From an uncultured Methanosarcinaceae archaeon (lineage in GTDB: Archaea > Halobacteriota > Methanosarcinia > Methanosarcinales > Methanosarcinaceae), in NCBI GenBank assembly GCA_963847185.1, contig CAWJYV010000008.1, positions 128,001 to 192,000 on the forward strand: DNA of 64,000 nt, in the 5' to 3' direction. This document shows, piece by piece, positions 41,108 to 53,936 of this stretch; positions within the stretch are counted from its first letter, which is position 1, and each line of letters opens with the position of its first letter. The position numbers and the translations under genes were made by a program. The notes below the pieces were generated by a model that saw nothing but the letters and a program-made list of their open reading frames with translations, was not told the origin of the DNA and made no database searches.

Positions 41108-42358
41108 TCACTCAGTTTTTCCGAATGTTATCGAATATGTAAAACTCTCCATATTTTCCGGCAGAATTGAAAGTTCCCATTCTCCGACTGTACCTGGAAT
41201 TGTATATGTTTCTGCATAGTGCTTGTTTGTGTTTTGATATATTGAGGTGTCATCCATTGCCCATAAGGGGAAAGAGTATCCTCCGACACTTACATAGTTG
41301 TTCTGGATTATTTTTGCAGGGGTTATGCAGATAGAACGGGAATTGCATTTCAGACTCACTTTAAAAGAAGGTTCTTCAGTTTTTGGGGAAATACGCAGTC
41401 CCATATTCTGGTCGTAAGAATCAGTTGAAACTTCAATCGTTACTGGAGCATTATTTGTGGTATTGAAAGTTTTCATGTAGGGAACCGTGGGCTGCAGCAT
41501 AGCCCTGAAATACAGGCTTAACTGCGGGTTAGATCCATCATTAGCACTGGATTTTCCATCCACATTCATGTCTATGTAGCCATTGAAATAACCCGTCGCA
41601 TTTTCCGGAACAGGTACCCTGATGGTCATGCAGGTAATTTCACCTTTTTTTATGACTGAAGGGGCAGAGATTACCACGTCGTCATTACTCAGACCGAATG
41701 CACTGGCTGAAATATCATACATGTAGCTGGTCACTTTAGGGTCAATTGTAACGTCTTTATCTGCCACATTTTTAATTTTGACCATATACTCGTATTCTTC
41801 TCCTGCCTCAACAGTATCGGAGATATAGGTTGTTTGAAGCTCTATTTTCGGACTTGCCTGGACTGAGATATCGAGCTTCATTAAATTGGCATATTCTGTT
41901 GAATCTGGCAGAAGATCATCTGTGAAGGCTACGGCTGCTTGATAGCCTGCACTTGCCTCATCCTTCGGAACACTTACTTCAACTGTAAATTCCTGTATTT
42001 CGTCTGGCTCTACTGTTACATTTGTCGGAGACACGGTGATCCAACTTTCAATTATACCTTTCCCATTCTCAGCGAGAGACACTACTTCAGGTGTTATCTC
42101 AAGCGATTCGTTACCTCCGTTCCTGAAACTGACAGTAAACTTTTCGCTATTTCCTGCAGTTAGATATGTGTAATGATAAGTCGGATTTATGGTATGTACT
42201 GTGACATTTTCATTAGTTACATTTTCGTAAATAAGATCTTCAGAAATTATAATTTCTTCAGAAACTTCTTGCTTAGCGCACGCAGATTGTATAAGTATCA
42301 GGCAAAGCAGCATTCCTAAAAGCTGGGGGATTACCTTTACTCTATTATTTTTGTTCAT
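41108..42358 (-). CDS. Secreted Ig-like/beta-sandwich surface protein (COG1470-like)
   Basis: Signal peptide; WITVSP..VTVEP.E..EFTVEVSVP repeats; Thr/Asn-rich. Confidence 0.65.
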   Translation of the reverse strand: MNKNNRVKVIPQLLGMLLCLILIQSACAKQEVSEEIIISEDLIYENVTNENVTVHTINPTYHYTYLTAGNSEKFTVSFRNGGNESLEITPEVVSLAENGKGIIESWITVSPTNVTVEPDEIQEFTVEVSVPKDEASAGYQAAVAFTDDLLPDSTEYANLMKLDISVQASPKIELQTTYISDTVEAGEEYEYMVKIKNVADKDVTIDPKVTSYMYDISASAFGLSNDDVVISAPSVIKKGEITCMTIRVPVPENATGYFNGYIDMNVDGKSSANDGSNPQLSLYFRAMLQPTVPYMKTFNTTNNAPVTIEVSTDSYDQNMGLRISPKTEEPSFKVSLKCNSRSICITPAKIIQNNYVSVGGYSFPLWAMDDTSIYQNTNKHYAETYTIPGTVGEWELSILPENMESFTYSITFGKTE

Positions 42359-42876
42359 GTTTCTGGCTCCATTCTTTTTTCAAGAATAAAACCTTTCTAA
42401 CTTCCTGTTCACGTTTTTCAAGTACCTGCAGGTAACTGTATTTCAGGGGGATAACATTGTTAAACTGAAACTCAGCAACTTAAAACCTGCACTGATCTAT
42501 CAATGTTCTTATGTGGGGGATAACTCGTAAACATATTACAAAAAGTTAGAAAGTAATACTTACGATATGTGTCATACTATAAAATATTTGTGAGTTCTCA
42601 CTCTCTTCCTGTTTAGAAGAGAAAGGTTCAGAAGAAAAGAGTTAAAAGGTAATTTTCATAACTACTTTAAAACGCTATCTATAAGCATTATTTCTCGGCT
42701 CGGGAAATAATTCTTTTCTCAAAAAAGTAATATCTGATTTTTCTTGAAGAAAGTTGCCTTTTCCTTGGCTTACCTATTATTCAAAGTCTGGATTACTTTC
42801 ACATTCCTCCCCAAAAATTAATAACTTCCAGATCCGATTTTTTAGTATCCACTCAACAGCAACAGAGGTTACCATT

Positions 42877-43638
42877 TTGAGACGAGAAAAAGAAGAGATC
42901 GCTGTCCTTGTTAGAGCTACCCCTGAGAAAGGTAAAAGGGATGGGGAAGAACATGCTGTCGGAGTGATTGGCATTACAAAAGATGGGGAACTTCTGAGAT
43001 TGTATCCTATGGGGTTCAGATACTGGGAAGGACTCGTTGATTTCAAAAAAAATGATCTGCTTGAGGTCACGCTTACCAAGCCTGAGCATGATATAAGATG
43101 GGAAAGCAGGAAAGTTCTCAATTATGTGAACCTGGAGAGACCCCTTAAAGAGAGGGAAGTAAAGGAACTTATCCTGCCGCTTGTAACGTCTGTAGAAAGG
43201 CTGAATATCGAGAGAGTCAGCCTGGGAGTAATAAAGCCGGAAATTCTGGATATTGAGATAAAGGTAAACAGCATTGAAACTCTCGACAGGCAGCAGTATT
43301 TTAATCTCATGGGAGATTTCCTGGAAAAAGGGGAGAGGGCCAGAATGCCTGTAGAAGTCAGGTACATTTTCAGGTGCGAAGGTGAAGAGGCATGCAGAGG
43401 GCACAAATTTTTTTTGCTTGACTGGGAATTCAACGAGATTGTAAGAAATCTCATACGGGGGGAACAGGAACCTTCGGGTGTGGAGAAGAAGATAAGAAAA
43501 CATTTCTTTAATCTAATGCAGGAAAAAGAACTCTATTTTATGCTGGGAACTCATTTTACGTACGGAACCTGGATGATTACAGGACTTTTCTGCCCTGAAA
43601 AAAATGATAAGAAACAGAAAAACCTCTCCGGATTTTAA
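42877..43638 (+). CDS. Conserved hypothetical protein (OB-fold-like)
   Basis: V.ATP...GITKDGELLRLYP.GFR, SLGVIKP, DWE, LYFMLGT...W.I.GLF.P. TTG start after GAGGT. Confidence 0.6.
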   Translation: MRREKEEIAVLVRATPEKGKRDGEEHAVGVIGITKDGELLRLYPMGFRYWEGLVDFKKNDLLEVTLTKPEHDIRWESRKVLNYVNLERPLKEREVKELILPLVTSVERLNIERVSLGVIKPEILDIEIKVNSIETLDRQQYFNLMGDFLEKGERARMPVEVRYIFRCEGEEACRGHKFFLLDWEFNEIVRNLIRGEQEPSGVEKKIRKHFFNLMQEKELYFMLGTHFTYGTWMITGLFCPEKNDKKQKNLSGF

Positions 43639-43814
43639 AATTACTACATATAATCGATTAAAAAGTCCAAAATAGGAAAGGCTAATAAGAGGAAATGCTC
43701 TCTAAAATTAAAAACTATACAAAATAAAAATTATACAAAAGTAAAAGGCATGAGTAACTGTAAAAGGTATAATAAGGAAGAGAAAAATCATTCACAGGTT
43801 GACTATAAAATTTC

Positions 43815-44999
43815 TCATCCCTCAAGTTCTTTTGCTAAAAAAGTTTCAAGCCTGTCCATACCTTCTTTTATATTCTCTATGCTATTAGCATAGGAAAAAC
43901 GCAAATAGCCCTCTGCCCCGTTCCCGAAATCAATTCCTGGAGTTACTGCAACCCCTGCCTCATTAAGAATGCGACGGCTTAACTCAAGAGAATCGTGGCT
44001 GTATTTGCGGGCATCGGCAAGGACATAGAAAGCTCCCATTGGCTCTTTGCGGACTTCAAGACCCATGCCAAGAAGTCTTTTCAGCATGTACTGGCGGCGC
44101 GTGTTATAGGTCTGGACCATCTCCTTAACATGTTCCTGAGATCCTTTAAGGGCTGCAATTCCTGCCTCCTGGACAAAGGAGTTGGCGCAGATGAAAAAGT
44201 TCTGATGGATTTTCTGAATCGCACGGACGCATTCAGGGGGGCAGATAATGTAGCCGAGTCTCCAGCCTGTCATAGCATACAATTTTGAAAAGCCGTTCAG
44301 GACAAAGGCATTTTTCGTGTATTCCAGAATACTATGTTCTTCTCCGCTGTAGATGAGGCCCTGGTATATTTCATCCGAGATAATAGGAATGCCTTTTTCA
44401 TCTGCTATTGCTGCAAGGCCCTGAAGGCTTTCTGAAGACGTGACATGTCCGCCAGGATTTGAAGGGCTGTTGATAAGTATCGCTTTGGTATTGAGACTAA
44501 GAAGATGCCTGACTGTTTCAGGTTCGAGGGCAAAACCGTTAATCTCATTCGTGTAAACGAAAACAGGCGTTCCGCCAAGATGTTTAACAAAATTCGGATA
44601 GCAGGCGTAGTGGGGGTTTGACATGATTACTTCATCCCTTTTTTCCAGTAGAGCCATAAAAACCACCAGTAGACCTGCACTTGTCCCGGTTGTTACTATG
44701 ACCTGACTTGGGCTAATATCTACCCCGAATTTCTGGTGGTAAGACTCAACTATTGCCTCTCTAAGGGAAAGAAGTCCCTGGCTATGGGTATATTTTGTAG
44801 CCCCCCTGCCAATAGCATCACAGGCCGCTTCACAGATATGTGGCGCTGTAGGGAAATCAGGCTCTCCTACTTCAAGATGGATTATATGTCTTCCCTGAGC
44901 TTCCAGAGCCTGGGCACTTTCCAGAACTTCCATCACATAGAAAGGGGGGATATCTTCAGATTTTTTAGATAAGATACATTTGGAGTTTATAGATAACAT
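43815..44999 (-). CDS. Class I/II PLP-dependent aminotransferase
   Basis: GEPDF, NSPSNP.G, SDEIY, GFSKLYAMTGWRLGY. Confidence 0.93.
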   Translation of the reverse strand: MLSINSKCILSKKSEDIPPFYVMEVLESAQALEAQGRHIIHLEVGEPDFPTAPHICEAACDAIGRGATKYTHSQGLLSLREAIVESYHQKFGVDISPSQVIVTTGTSAGLLVVFMALLEKRDEVIMSNPHYACYPNFVKHLGGTPVFVYTNEINGFALEPETVRHLLSLNTKAILINSPSNPGGHVTSSESLQGLAAIADEKGIPIISDEIYQGLIYSGEEHSILEYTKNAFVLNGFSKLYAMTGWRLGYIICPPECVRAIQKIHQNFFICANSFVQEAGIAALKGSQEHVKEMVQTYNTRRQYMLKRLLGMGLEVRKEPMGAFYVLADARKYSHDSLELSRRILNEAGVAVTPGIDFGNGAEGYLRFSYANSIENIKEGMDRLETFLAKELEG

Positions 45000-45198
45000 A
45001 AAAGGCCTCTAAAAAACAATTATTGTGAAAGGTACTGAATTAAAAGGAAGTAACATCGCTGAAGCTATACCTGAATCTGCGTATGCTTTCAATATTTAAA
45101 TATTCTGTGGAAAATAGCAAGCCAGACTTAACAGAACACAAGAAATAGAACACAAGAAAAATTAATTCCTGGTATGAAACCAGTTTTATGGAGTAATC

Positions 45199-45837
45199 TT
45201 AATTTGGCATGATCTTTTCGAGAATCTCTACCTCAGGTCTATCCCAACCCTGTTCTTCAAGTGTTTTTGCAAAGTCTTGTTGAAAAATCTGGAATTTTTC
45301 GAGGTTTTCAGGGAAAATATTAAGGAAGTCATAGTCTCCATATGCACCTGAGAAGAAAGAAACAACTGTTTCTTCAAACTTTTCTTCTATCCTCTGCGGG
45401 TACCAGAACCCGTTCTGTGAGAGTAGAACAAGGTTAGGATCAGGAATAGGGATCTCGTCCGAGTAAGTATAAAACCCTACAAAAATCTCTTCCCCATATT
45501 TTGCAAGAACAAGTTTCTTCTCAAATCCAGATCTCTGGAGTTTAAGGAACCATTCTCCCTTTAGAAGATCACTAAGTTCCTTGATAATTTTGTGGGCTTT
45601 GAGAATCTTTTCCGCCACCTGCTGTATTTCCAGGATTACAGTCTTGCGCTGCTCCTCAGGCATTTCCAGGCAGGATTTACAGGTTTCCCCTTCTGGAGCG
45701 CCTGCATGCCTGATGTTTACTCCTTCGCCTGAGTCCGTCAGCTTTTCAGCCTGTTTCCCATACGCTTTTCCCTCATCCTTTCGGGATTCTGGTGTGTTCT
45801 GCATCTCGATTTCAGGAATTTCTCTCATAATTAGCAC
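45199..45837 (-). CDS. Hypothetical protein
   Basis: Plausible long ORF; PDP..V...WYP motif; start uncertain. Confidence 0.6.
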   Translation of the reverse strand: MLIMREIPEIEMQNTPESRKDEGKAYGKQAEKLTDSGEGVNIRHAGAPEGETCKSCLEMPEEQRKTVILEIQQVAEKILKAHKIIKELSDLLKGEWFLKLQRSGFEKKLVLAKYGEEIFVGFYTYSDEIPIPDPNLVLLSQNGFWYPQRIEEKFEETVVSFFSGAYGDYDFLNIFPENLEKFQIFQQDFAKTLEEQGWDRPEVEILEKIMPN

Positions 45838-45878
45838 CCCTATGATATATAGGTGGGAACATCAATAAATAATGATAC

Positions 45879-46616
45879 TTACCTTTGAGATGAGATCTCT
45901 GGATCTAAGATTTGTTCAGATTCCTGACCTGTTTTTACTTTGGCTGCGCAGACTCCTCTATTCATTTCGGAACCTGAAGTCATATCCCCATTTTCTGAAG
46001 TAAGCCATCTGACTCCTAGATACACTAATGGCGTATCAAGGATTGAAAAACCGATTTTAAGAGTCCAGAGTGGCAGAATCATATGGAGGACGTAGACAGC
46101 ATCCACCTCCGGAGTCACCTTATAGAAAGCGAGAAACATAAAAACAACTGAATCGATAAGTTGGGAAACGATTGTTGAAAGGCTATTTCTGAACCAGAGA
46201 TACCTGCCATTTGTTTTCTGCTTCAAGAGGCTAAAAGCCCAGATGTCATGGAGCTGACTTATTAAAAAAGCTGTTACACTCGCCGCAATAATACGCAGAG
46301 AGCTTGAAAAAACAGTGGTGTAAGCCTCATTACCATAATATGTAGGAGAGGGGGGAAGACCCGTACTCAGGGATACGAAAAAAAATGCAATGCAAAGTGA
46401 TAGGAAACCAGAATGTACAAAAATCTTTGAAGCTTCTTTTCCCTTAACTTCTACTACTATATCCGTGATCAAGAAAGTAAGCGGGTATTCAAAAAAACCT
46501 ACTGATTTTATGATCCCAAAAATTTCAATCCGCTTGCTTCCAAGAAGGTTTCCAAGGAGCAGACAGCTGACAAAAGTAGTAAGCAGAAGCTGCAGTTTGT
46601 AGTCAATGGATTTCAT
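45879..46616 (-). CDS. Queuosine/archaeosine precursor transporter, YhhQ (VUT) family
   Basis: YPLTFLITD, AS..AFLISQ.HD, WFRN..ST..SQLID, DTP.VY. Confidence 0.85.
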   Translation of the reverse strand: MKSIDYKLQLLLTTFVSCLLLGNLLGSKRIEIFGIIKSVGFFEYPLTFLITDIVVEVKGKEASKIFVHSGFLSLCIAFFFVSLSTGLPPSPTYYGNEAYTTVFSSSLRIIAASVTAFLISQLHDIWAFSLLKQKTNGRYLWFRNSLSTIVSQLIDSVVFMFLAFYKVTPEVDAVYVLHMILPLWTLKIGFSILDTPLVYLGVRWLTSENGDMTSGSEMNRGVCAAKVKTGQESEQILDPEISSQR

Positions 46617-46671
46617 AGGCTCAGGGTTTTTAATCGAGCTTTTGGATACCGCTGGCAGGAAAGAAAAGAAA

Positions 46672-47508
46672 TTATCTTAATCGTTCGGCTCTTCTAAATA
46701 TATTTTGCGGAGATCGATCTACTTCATCACAGATAATCCTGTGAGGTACTGAGGCAGGCAGGATGGAATATGCCTGATTGTCCGTACCCCTGAGTCCCCA
46801 GGTCTCATCCGTGAGCAGGAAATAGGAATTTTCAAGCCTGACGCCTTTTTCTTTCAGGGACGAGATAACTGATAGATCAGACAGGTCTTTTCTGATCTCT
46901 TCTGCAGCTTTTACCTGAGTGCCTGGCCCTCCTTTTTTTACAAGATAAAGCCTGTCATCTGAGAGGATTCTTTCCATATTTCGGATTACCAGCCTGTAGC
47001 AGGTTTTTTTATTCGTAGATTGTTTCTCATTTTTCTCCAGATAAAGGACATTGCGTCCGTTTCGGGCAATATCTGATAGAATGCTCTCCTGTCGTGAAAA
47101 AGATTCAACTTCAAATGTAGGAATATCCAGGAAAAAAACAGGAAACTTTTTAGAAAGGCTGTCAGCAGTTGCCTGATTCACCTTTTCTCGAGGAATATAT
47201 TCAAAGCTGATATTGGACCCTGAGAATTCTTTTTCAATTTCTTCCTTTTTAGCCTGAAAAAGCTTTACTGCTTCCGTAGAGTCGTTATAAATAACTATAT
47301 CCCTGTCGGTTTCAAAGAAGATCCTTGTCAGTTTGACTGCGAAACCAAGGGCTGCAAGTTCACAGCTCAGGTTATTTTCGGGAACGCCAGAGACTTTTGT
47401 CGTAGATTGATGGATCTGCCTGCCGTCTCTAAGAACTGTGCAGCCTATATAAGAGTCCTCATTTTCGTTATAAGAGGAATCACAGTAAACTTCAAACATG
47501 ATTTTCAC
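46672..47508 (-). CDS. RNase H-like domain protein with extra C-terminal domain
   Basis: YCDSS, ELAAL, YNDS, IPREK.N..ADSLS (RNase HI D-E-D-D pattern). Confidence 0.7.
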   Translation of the reverse strand: MKIMFEVYCDSSYNENEDSYIGCTVLRDGRQIHQSTTKVSGVPENNLSCELAALGFAVKLTRIFFETDRDIVIYNDSTEAVKLFQAKKEEIEKEFSGSNISFEYIPREKVNQATADSLSKKFPVFFLDIPTFEVESFSRQESILSDIARNGRNVLYLEKNEKQSTNKKTCYRLVIRNMERILSDDRLYLVKKGGPGTQVKAAEEIRKDLSDLSVISSLKEKGVRLENSYFLLTDETWGLRGTDNQAYSILPASVPHRIICDEVDRSPQNIFRRAERLR

Positions 47509-47755
47509 CTTTTTATCAAAAGAAAATAGAACATAAAATAAATTTCGAAATATAATCCAAGCTTATAGATTATAAAGTAACATCATGAATCAATAGTTGT
47601 TGTTACTGCTAAGTATGATATTAGAAGGTTGTGCATAATTAAGATAAAAAGAGTTCTCAATTTTCATCATAACTGAAATAAATTAATAATTGAATGACAA
47701 ATTCAAAGAAGAAGAGAAGAAAAAAAGAGAAAAAGGTAAAGAAAAAGGACTGAAA

Positions 47756-49372
<1,617 letters not shown>

Positions 49373-49497
49373 TCACCTTGATTAAGATCAAATATGCTCT
49401 TATTGAGTCTGGGTATTATTAAGTCAGATTAAGTCAGGGTATATCCTGATCAGGGATATCCTGATTCATTTTGTTTCAAATTAGATTTTCTCCAGCA

Positions 49498-49776
49498 TTA
49501 TTCTTCCACAAATGTTGCCAGGACATCCTTGAAGTCTACAAAAAGGTATTTTTCCCCATCTATTTCAACTTCGTCTGATTGATATCCCCCATAAATCACA
49601 CGGTCCCCTTTTTTCAGGGGCAGTTCCTTCCCGTCTTCAAAAGTCCCCACAGCAATAACGATTCCTTCCTTATTCTCTTTCTGTGCAGACTCAGGGATAT
49701 AGATCCCGCCTTTTGTCACTTCTTCTTTTTTCAGATGTTTGAGTAACACTCGTTCGCCAATAGGTCTGATAATCAC
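49498..49776 (-). CDS. groES: Co-chaperonin GroES
   Basis: IRPIGERVL, TKGGIYIP, VIAVG. GTG start after AGGAGG. Confidence 0.95.
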   Translation of the reverse strand: MIIRPIGERVLLKHLKKEEVTKGGIYIPESAQKENKEGIVIAVGTFEDGKELPLKKGDRVIYGGYQSDEVEIDGEKYLFVDFKDVLATFVEE

Positions 49777-49989
49777 TATTTTATTCCTCCTTATACGCAA
49801 GTGATTCTATATTAGCTGAACATTCACTGACAGTTATAAGTCAATACAGAATTGGTGAACATTTTGAGCAAGAAAATGCCCAACTATCTGCATATAATGT
49901 AAAACTTGTATTTATAAATTGCCCGAATAAATAAATATGATATTCAAAAAATAGAGATGATGTCTACAAATTGAAGAAAATATATATAT

Positions 49990-50421
49990 GTGAAACTCCA
50001 AAATATTACCCAGATGGTTCAGGAGATTATTCTAAGAAACATTGAAAAACCTCGGATCAAAAGTCTGGAAGAAGATCTTTTATGGTTCTGCGATAGCTTT
50101 GGCTTTTCTGCAGGAAGGGACACCGAAAACACTGCCACCAGAATAATCTTCAGCCTGCTTGACAAGCTCTCAAATGACGAAACCGTCTCTTCGGAAGCCC
50201 TTGCAGGAGATCTTGAGATTAAGATTTCCAGAGTCAACCACCACCTGCGGAATCTCAATGACTCTGGCCTCCTTTACAGGAAAAAAGGTCTGATTTATCT
50301 TCGGGGAGGCAGTTTAAAAGCTGCAGTCGAGGAGATGAGAAAGGATTCGGAAAGGATCCTTGATGAACTGGAAGGCATGGCCGAAGAAATAGATTCCTTG
50401 ATGGGACTCAAGAACAGGTAA
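49990..50421 (+). CDS. ArsR-like winged-helix regulator
   Basis: WFCDSFGF..GRD, SSEALA..L.I.ISRVNHHLRNL..SGL; divergent from groES. Confidence 0.75.
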   Translation: MKLQNITQMVQEIILRNIEKPRIKSLEEDLLWFCDSFGFSAGRDTENTATRIIFSLLDKLSNDETVSSEALAGDLEIKISRVNHHLRNLNDSGLLYRKKGLIYLRGGSLKAAVEEMRKDSERILDELEGMAEEIDSLMGLKNR

Positions 50422-50496
50422 CTGTAGAAATGTAACGCAAGAAAAAAGATAATTAACCGGAAATAAATTCAATAATAAGCTCATTTATTATTTATC

Positions 50497-51620
50497 GTGA
50501 ATAAAGTTTCCATAGTCCGCTGTCCTGACTATTCTCTTACAAAAAGAGCAATAGCAGAAGCTCTGGAGCTTGTAGGAGGCCTTGAAAGTTCAATCGATCC
50601 CGGAGACCGTGTGCTTCTCAAACCAAATATTCTTGCGGCCAGCCCTCCGGAAGCTGCCGCCACAACTCACCCTTATGTAGTGGCTTCAATGTGTGAATTC
50701 GTGCTTCAGGCAGGAGGGAAACCGATTGTAGGTGACGGCTCAGGAATCTCAAGGCCCGGAGCTACTGCAAAAGCCCTGAAAGCCTCAGGTATAGAAGAAG
50801 CGGCCAGAAAAGCCGGAGCCAATATTGTAAATTTTGAAACCTCAGGCTTTACTCTTGTCGAAGTTCCTCAACCCCTTCAGTTCAGTAAGATATACCTTGC
50901 AAATCCCATTCTTGAATCGGATGTTGTAATATCTCTTCCCAAATTGAAAACTCACGAACTTACCTATTACACAGGTGCGGTAAAGAACTTTTTCGGAGCC
51001 ATTCCCCTGAAATGCCGAAAGAAATGCATCTACTTGGAAAAAAAGAGCTTTTTGGCGAGGCTGTTGCCGACATATACTCTGTAATCAAACCTCATTTTGC
51101 AGTTATGGATGGAATTATAGGTATGGAGGGAAACGGGCCTTCCCATGGAAAACCTGTAAATTCCGGTGTAATTCTGGCAAGTCGGGATTGCGTTTCTCTG
51201 GATATTGTTGCTGCAGAGATGATTGGTTGTGATCCTCTTAATATCCCAACAACTTCAGGCGTCCTCAAGAAAGGTTTTGGAAATCAATGCCCTGTTATCG
51301 TCGGAACGCCGTTGAAAGAAGTCAAAATGAAATTTAAACCTTCAAGCGGAGGAGTAAGTACGGCTCCTACGTTTCTAACCCGCCATCTAGGCAAATACTT
51401 CACTATTTATCCGCAGATAAACAGGAGAAAGTGCACTCACTGCGGGGCCTGTTATTATAATTGTTCTCCCCATGCTATTGAAAGACTTGAAGATGGGAGT
51501 TTCAGGATTAACAACGAAAAATGCATTTTATGTTACTGCTGCCGTGAACTCTGCCCGAATAATGCCGTAGATATCAAAAAGTCGTTACTTGCAACTCTTC
51601 TGACAGAAAGGAAAACCTAA
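50497..51620 (+). pseudogene. DUF362 protein with C-terminal 2x[4Fe-4S] domain, one frameshift
   Basis: VLLKPN, TTHP, PKLKTH, GAVKN.FG, then DG..GMEGNGP, CTHCGAC...C and CILCYCCRELCP. A single missing A near 51018 (CGA AA GAA ATG CAT). Confidence 0.8.
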
Positions 51621-51831
51621 TTGATAAAGACGTGGTCAAAGCGTAGAAAGTTTAAATTGGAAAACATTTATGTGGGCATTAAAACCGAAGACTAATTTCT
51701 TTCATTTCTTGCCTGATTACTAAATTTCCTTTCTATTTTATAATTAATTATTAAAGTGTTAACTAAAACTCATTCTATAAACCAAAATTAATACATTGGA
51801 GGCATAATTTAATGCCCCCAATACTTTTTTC

Positions 51832-53799
51832 TTATTTGTATTTGTGTTCCCGTCTCCCAGCTACCATCTTTTCTTTTTCTAAACGCTCCATTCTCTCTTT
51901 ATCTGTCTCTGTTTTTTCCTCTCTTTCTATTCTTTCTACATCTTGCCTTGCCATTCTTTCTTCTGCTGTTTCCAGTGGCTCTTCCCTTCTTTTAGTCCGG
52001 ACCATCATTTCTGATTCTGCTCCGGTTATTCTGGTTCTTTCAGCCTCTGCTCTTTGCCAGTACGGCTGGTATCCATAGTAAGTGTAGACTCTAGAGAGTT
52101 CAGCACGAGTTAAAGGCCATCTGTCTTTATCAAACCCTTCTGCCCTTTCCAGAACATCCTTGGGAATATCAAGGGTAAAAGCATGCTCATGCACTCTGCA
52201 TGTAAGAGCTTGCCAGGGAATAGCAAACAGTTTATCGGCCATACCCAGGAACCCGCCAAAAGAAAGTACTGCATATGCTACTCTTCCATCCTGAAGATCG
52301 ATCATTAACTCTTCAATCCTTCCAAGATCTTCTCCGGCTGTATTGACAACTCTGTCCGTTTTTATCGTGCTTGCTGACAAAAAGTCTGGGACCTCTCCCC
52401 CTGCAGTCTCAACTCTGCTCTGTACTTCCACTCTCTCTCTTTCCAGTTGCGCCAGCCTTTCCCTTTGTGTTTTTGCCAGCATTTCTGCCTCTACTCGTTC
52501 TTTTTCCAGTTTGGCTAGAGTCTCTCTCTCGATTCCTGCTTGCCTTTGTGCTTCTGTACATGCTCTCTGCAACTGAGACAACTTTTCTTTGTGTGTCTCT
52601 TCATGAGTCTGTACTATCATCAGCTCTTCTTCAAGCCTGGCAACTTTTTCTGTCTCTTCCTTTCTTCTTGCCTCTTGCAACTCTTTTTCCAACTGTGTCA
52701 ACTTTTCTCTCTCGGCTTTTGCCTGCCTTTCTGCTTCTATCCGTTCTCTTTCCAGCTGCGCCAGCCTATCTCTCTCAGCTTCTGCATTCCTCTGTGCTTC
52801 TATCCGCTGTCTTTCTAACTGAGAGATTCTCTCTTCCTGTGTCCCTTTTAACTCTTCAAGCCTTTCTATTTCCTGGCGAGCCTTTATCCCTTCTCCTGTT
52901 TCTGTCCGGACAACTCTCTCCTCTACTACTACTGTCGGCTCCCTGACTTCTTTTTCGGTACGGGCCATTCTTCTTGTTTCCCCTCCAGTAACGACTCCGG
53001 TCAGAATTTCTGGTTGAGTTCCCATTCCTGTCCGCCAATACGGCTGGTAACCATAGTAAGCAAATGTACTGGAGAGTTCTTCATAAGTTACAGGCCATTT
53101 GTCCTTATCAAGACCTTCTGCTTTATCAACAGTCTCTTTAGAAATATCAAGGACAAAAGCATTCTCACGCGCTCTTAGAGTGAGAGAATTCCAGGGAATA
53201 GCGAGTTGTTTACTGCCTACACCTAGAATTCCACCATGTGAAATTACAATGTACGCAATTCTTCCATCATGAAGATCAATCATTATATCTTCAATTTTTC
53301 CAATGTGGTCGCCATCTCTATTGATGACTTTTTTTCCTTGTATATCGCTTGCTGGCAAAAACTCTGGACTGCTTCTATCTGTCCTGCTTGTCATCCGGGA
53401 TATCCTCTCGGATTCCGGTGTTGCAGTTTCTACTGCCCCCGTTTGCCAGTACGGCTGGTATCCATAGTAGCTGTACATATTAAAAAGCCAATCACGGGTA
53501 GTTACAGGCCAATTGTCCTTGTCAAAGCCTTCTGCATTCTTAAGCGTTTCCTTAGGAATATCAAGTAAGAAGGTGTGCTCGTGCACTTTCAAAGTAAGAG
53601 CTTTCCAGGGGATAGCAAAGAGTTTATTGCCCATACCTAGGATTCCTCCAAAAGAAAGTGCTGCATATGCTACTCTACCGTCTGCGAGATCAATCATTAA
53701 ATCTTCAAATTTACCAAGGTCTTCTCCAGCTGTATTGACTACTTTATCGTCTGTTAAGCTATCCGCTGACAAAAAGTCTGGATTCTCTCTGTTTGCCAT
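51832..53799 (-). CDS. Triple PRC-barrel protein with long coiled-coil insert
   Basis: Three V.N..GEDLG.IE.LMIDL.DGRVAYA.LSFGG.LG.G.KLFAIPW units; E/R/Q-rich heptads between barrels 2 and 3. Confidence 0.85.
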   Translation of the reverse strand: MANRENPDFLSADSLTDDKVVNTAGEDLGKFEDLMIDLADGRVAYAALSFGGILGMGNKLFAIPWKALTLKVHEHTFLLDIPKETLKNAEGFDKDNWPVTTRDWLFNMYSYYGYQPYWQTGAVETATPESERISRMTSRTDRSSPEFLPASDIQGKKVINRDGDHIGKIEDIMIDLHDGRIAYIVISHGGILGVGSKQLAIPWNSLTLRARENAFVLDISKETVDKAEGLDKDKWPVTYEELSSTFAYYGYQPYWRTGMGTQPEILTGVVTGGETRRMARTEKEVREPTVVVEERVVRTETGEGIKARQEIERLEELKGTQEERISQLERQRIEAQRNAEAERDRLAQLERERIEAERQAKAEREKLTQLEKELQEARRKEETEKVARLEEELMIVQTHEETHKEKLSQLQRACTEAQRQAGIERETLAKLEKERVEAEMLAKTQRERLAQLERERVEVQSRVETAGGEVPDFLSASTIKTDRVVNTAGEDLGRIEELMIDLQDGRVAYAVLSFGGFLGMADKLFAIPWQALTCRVHEHAFTLDIPKDVLERAEGFDKDRWPLTRAELSRVYTYYGYQPYWQRAEAERTRITGAESEMMVRTKRREEPLETAEERMARQDVERIEREEKTETDKERMERLEKEKMVAGRREHKYK

Positions 53800-53936
53800 A
53801 TTGTTCCAACTCCCTTTGTTTTAGATATATTTCGAAGCTTGCTCCCCAAGCGTAACTTCAAAACTTTTCTTTCTATGGAATTCATCCAAGTTGTTTCTTC
53901 AAGTAGTATTGATGGCTATCTGTTACAATTACAGGC

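Noticed and set aside
49418-49466. Short duplications (TTAAGTCAG, TCAGGG..ATCCTGA) between groES and groEL
   Set aside because: Too short; typical slippage duplications and no match to CIRCE.
52343-53824. Many plus-strand ORFs over the PRC gene
   Set aside because: Antisense shadows of repetitive GA-rich coding sequence.
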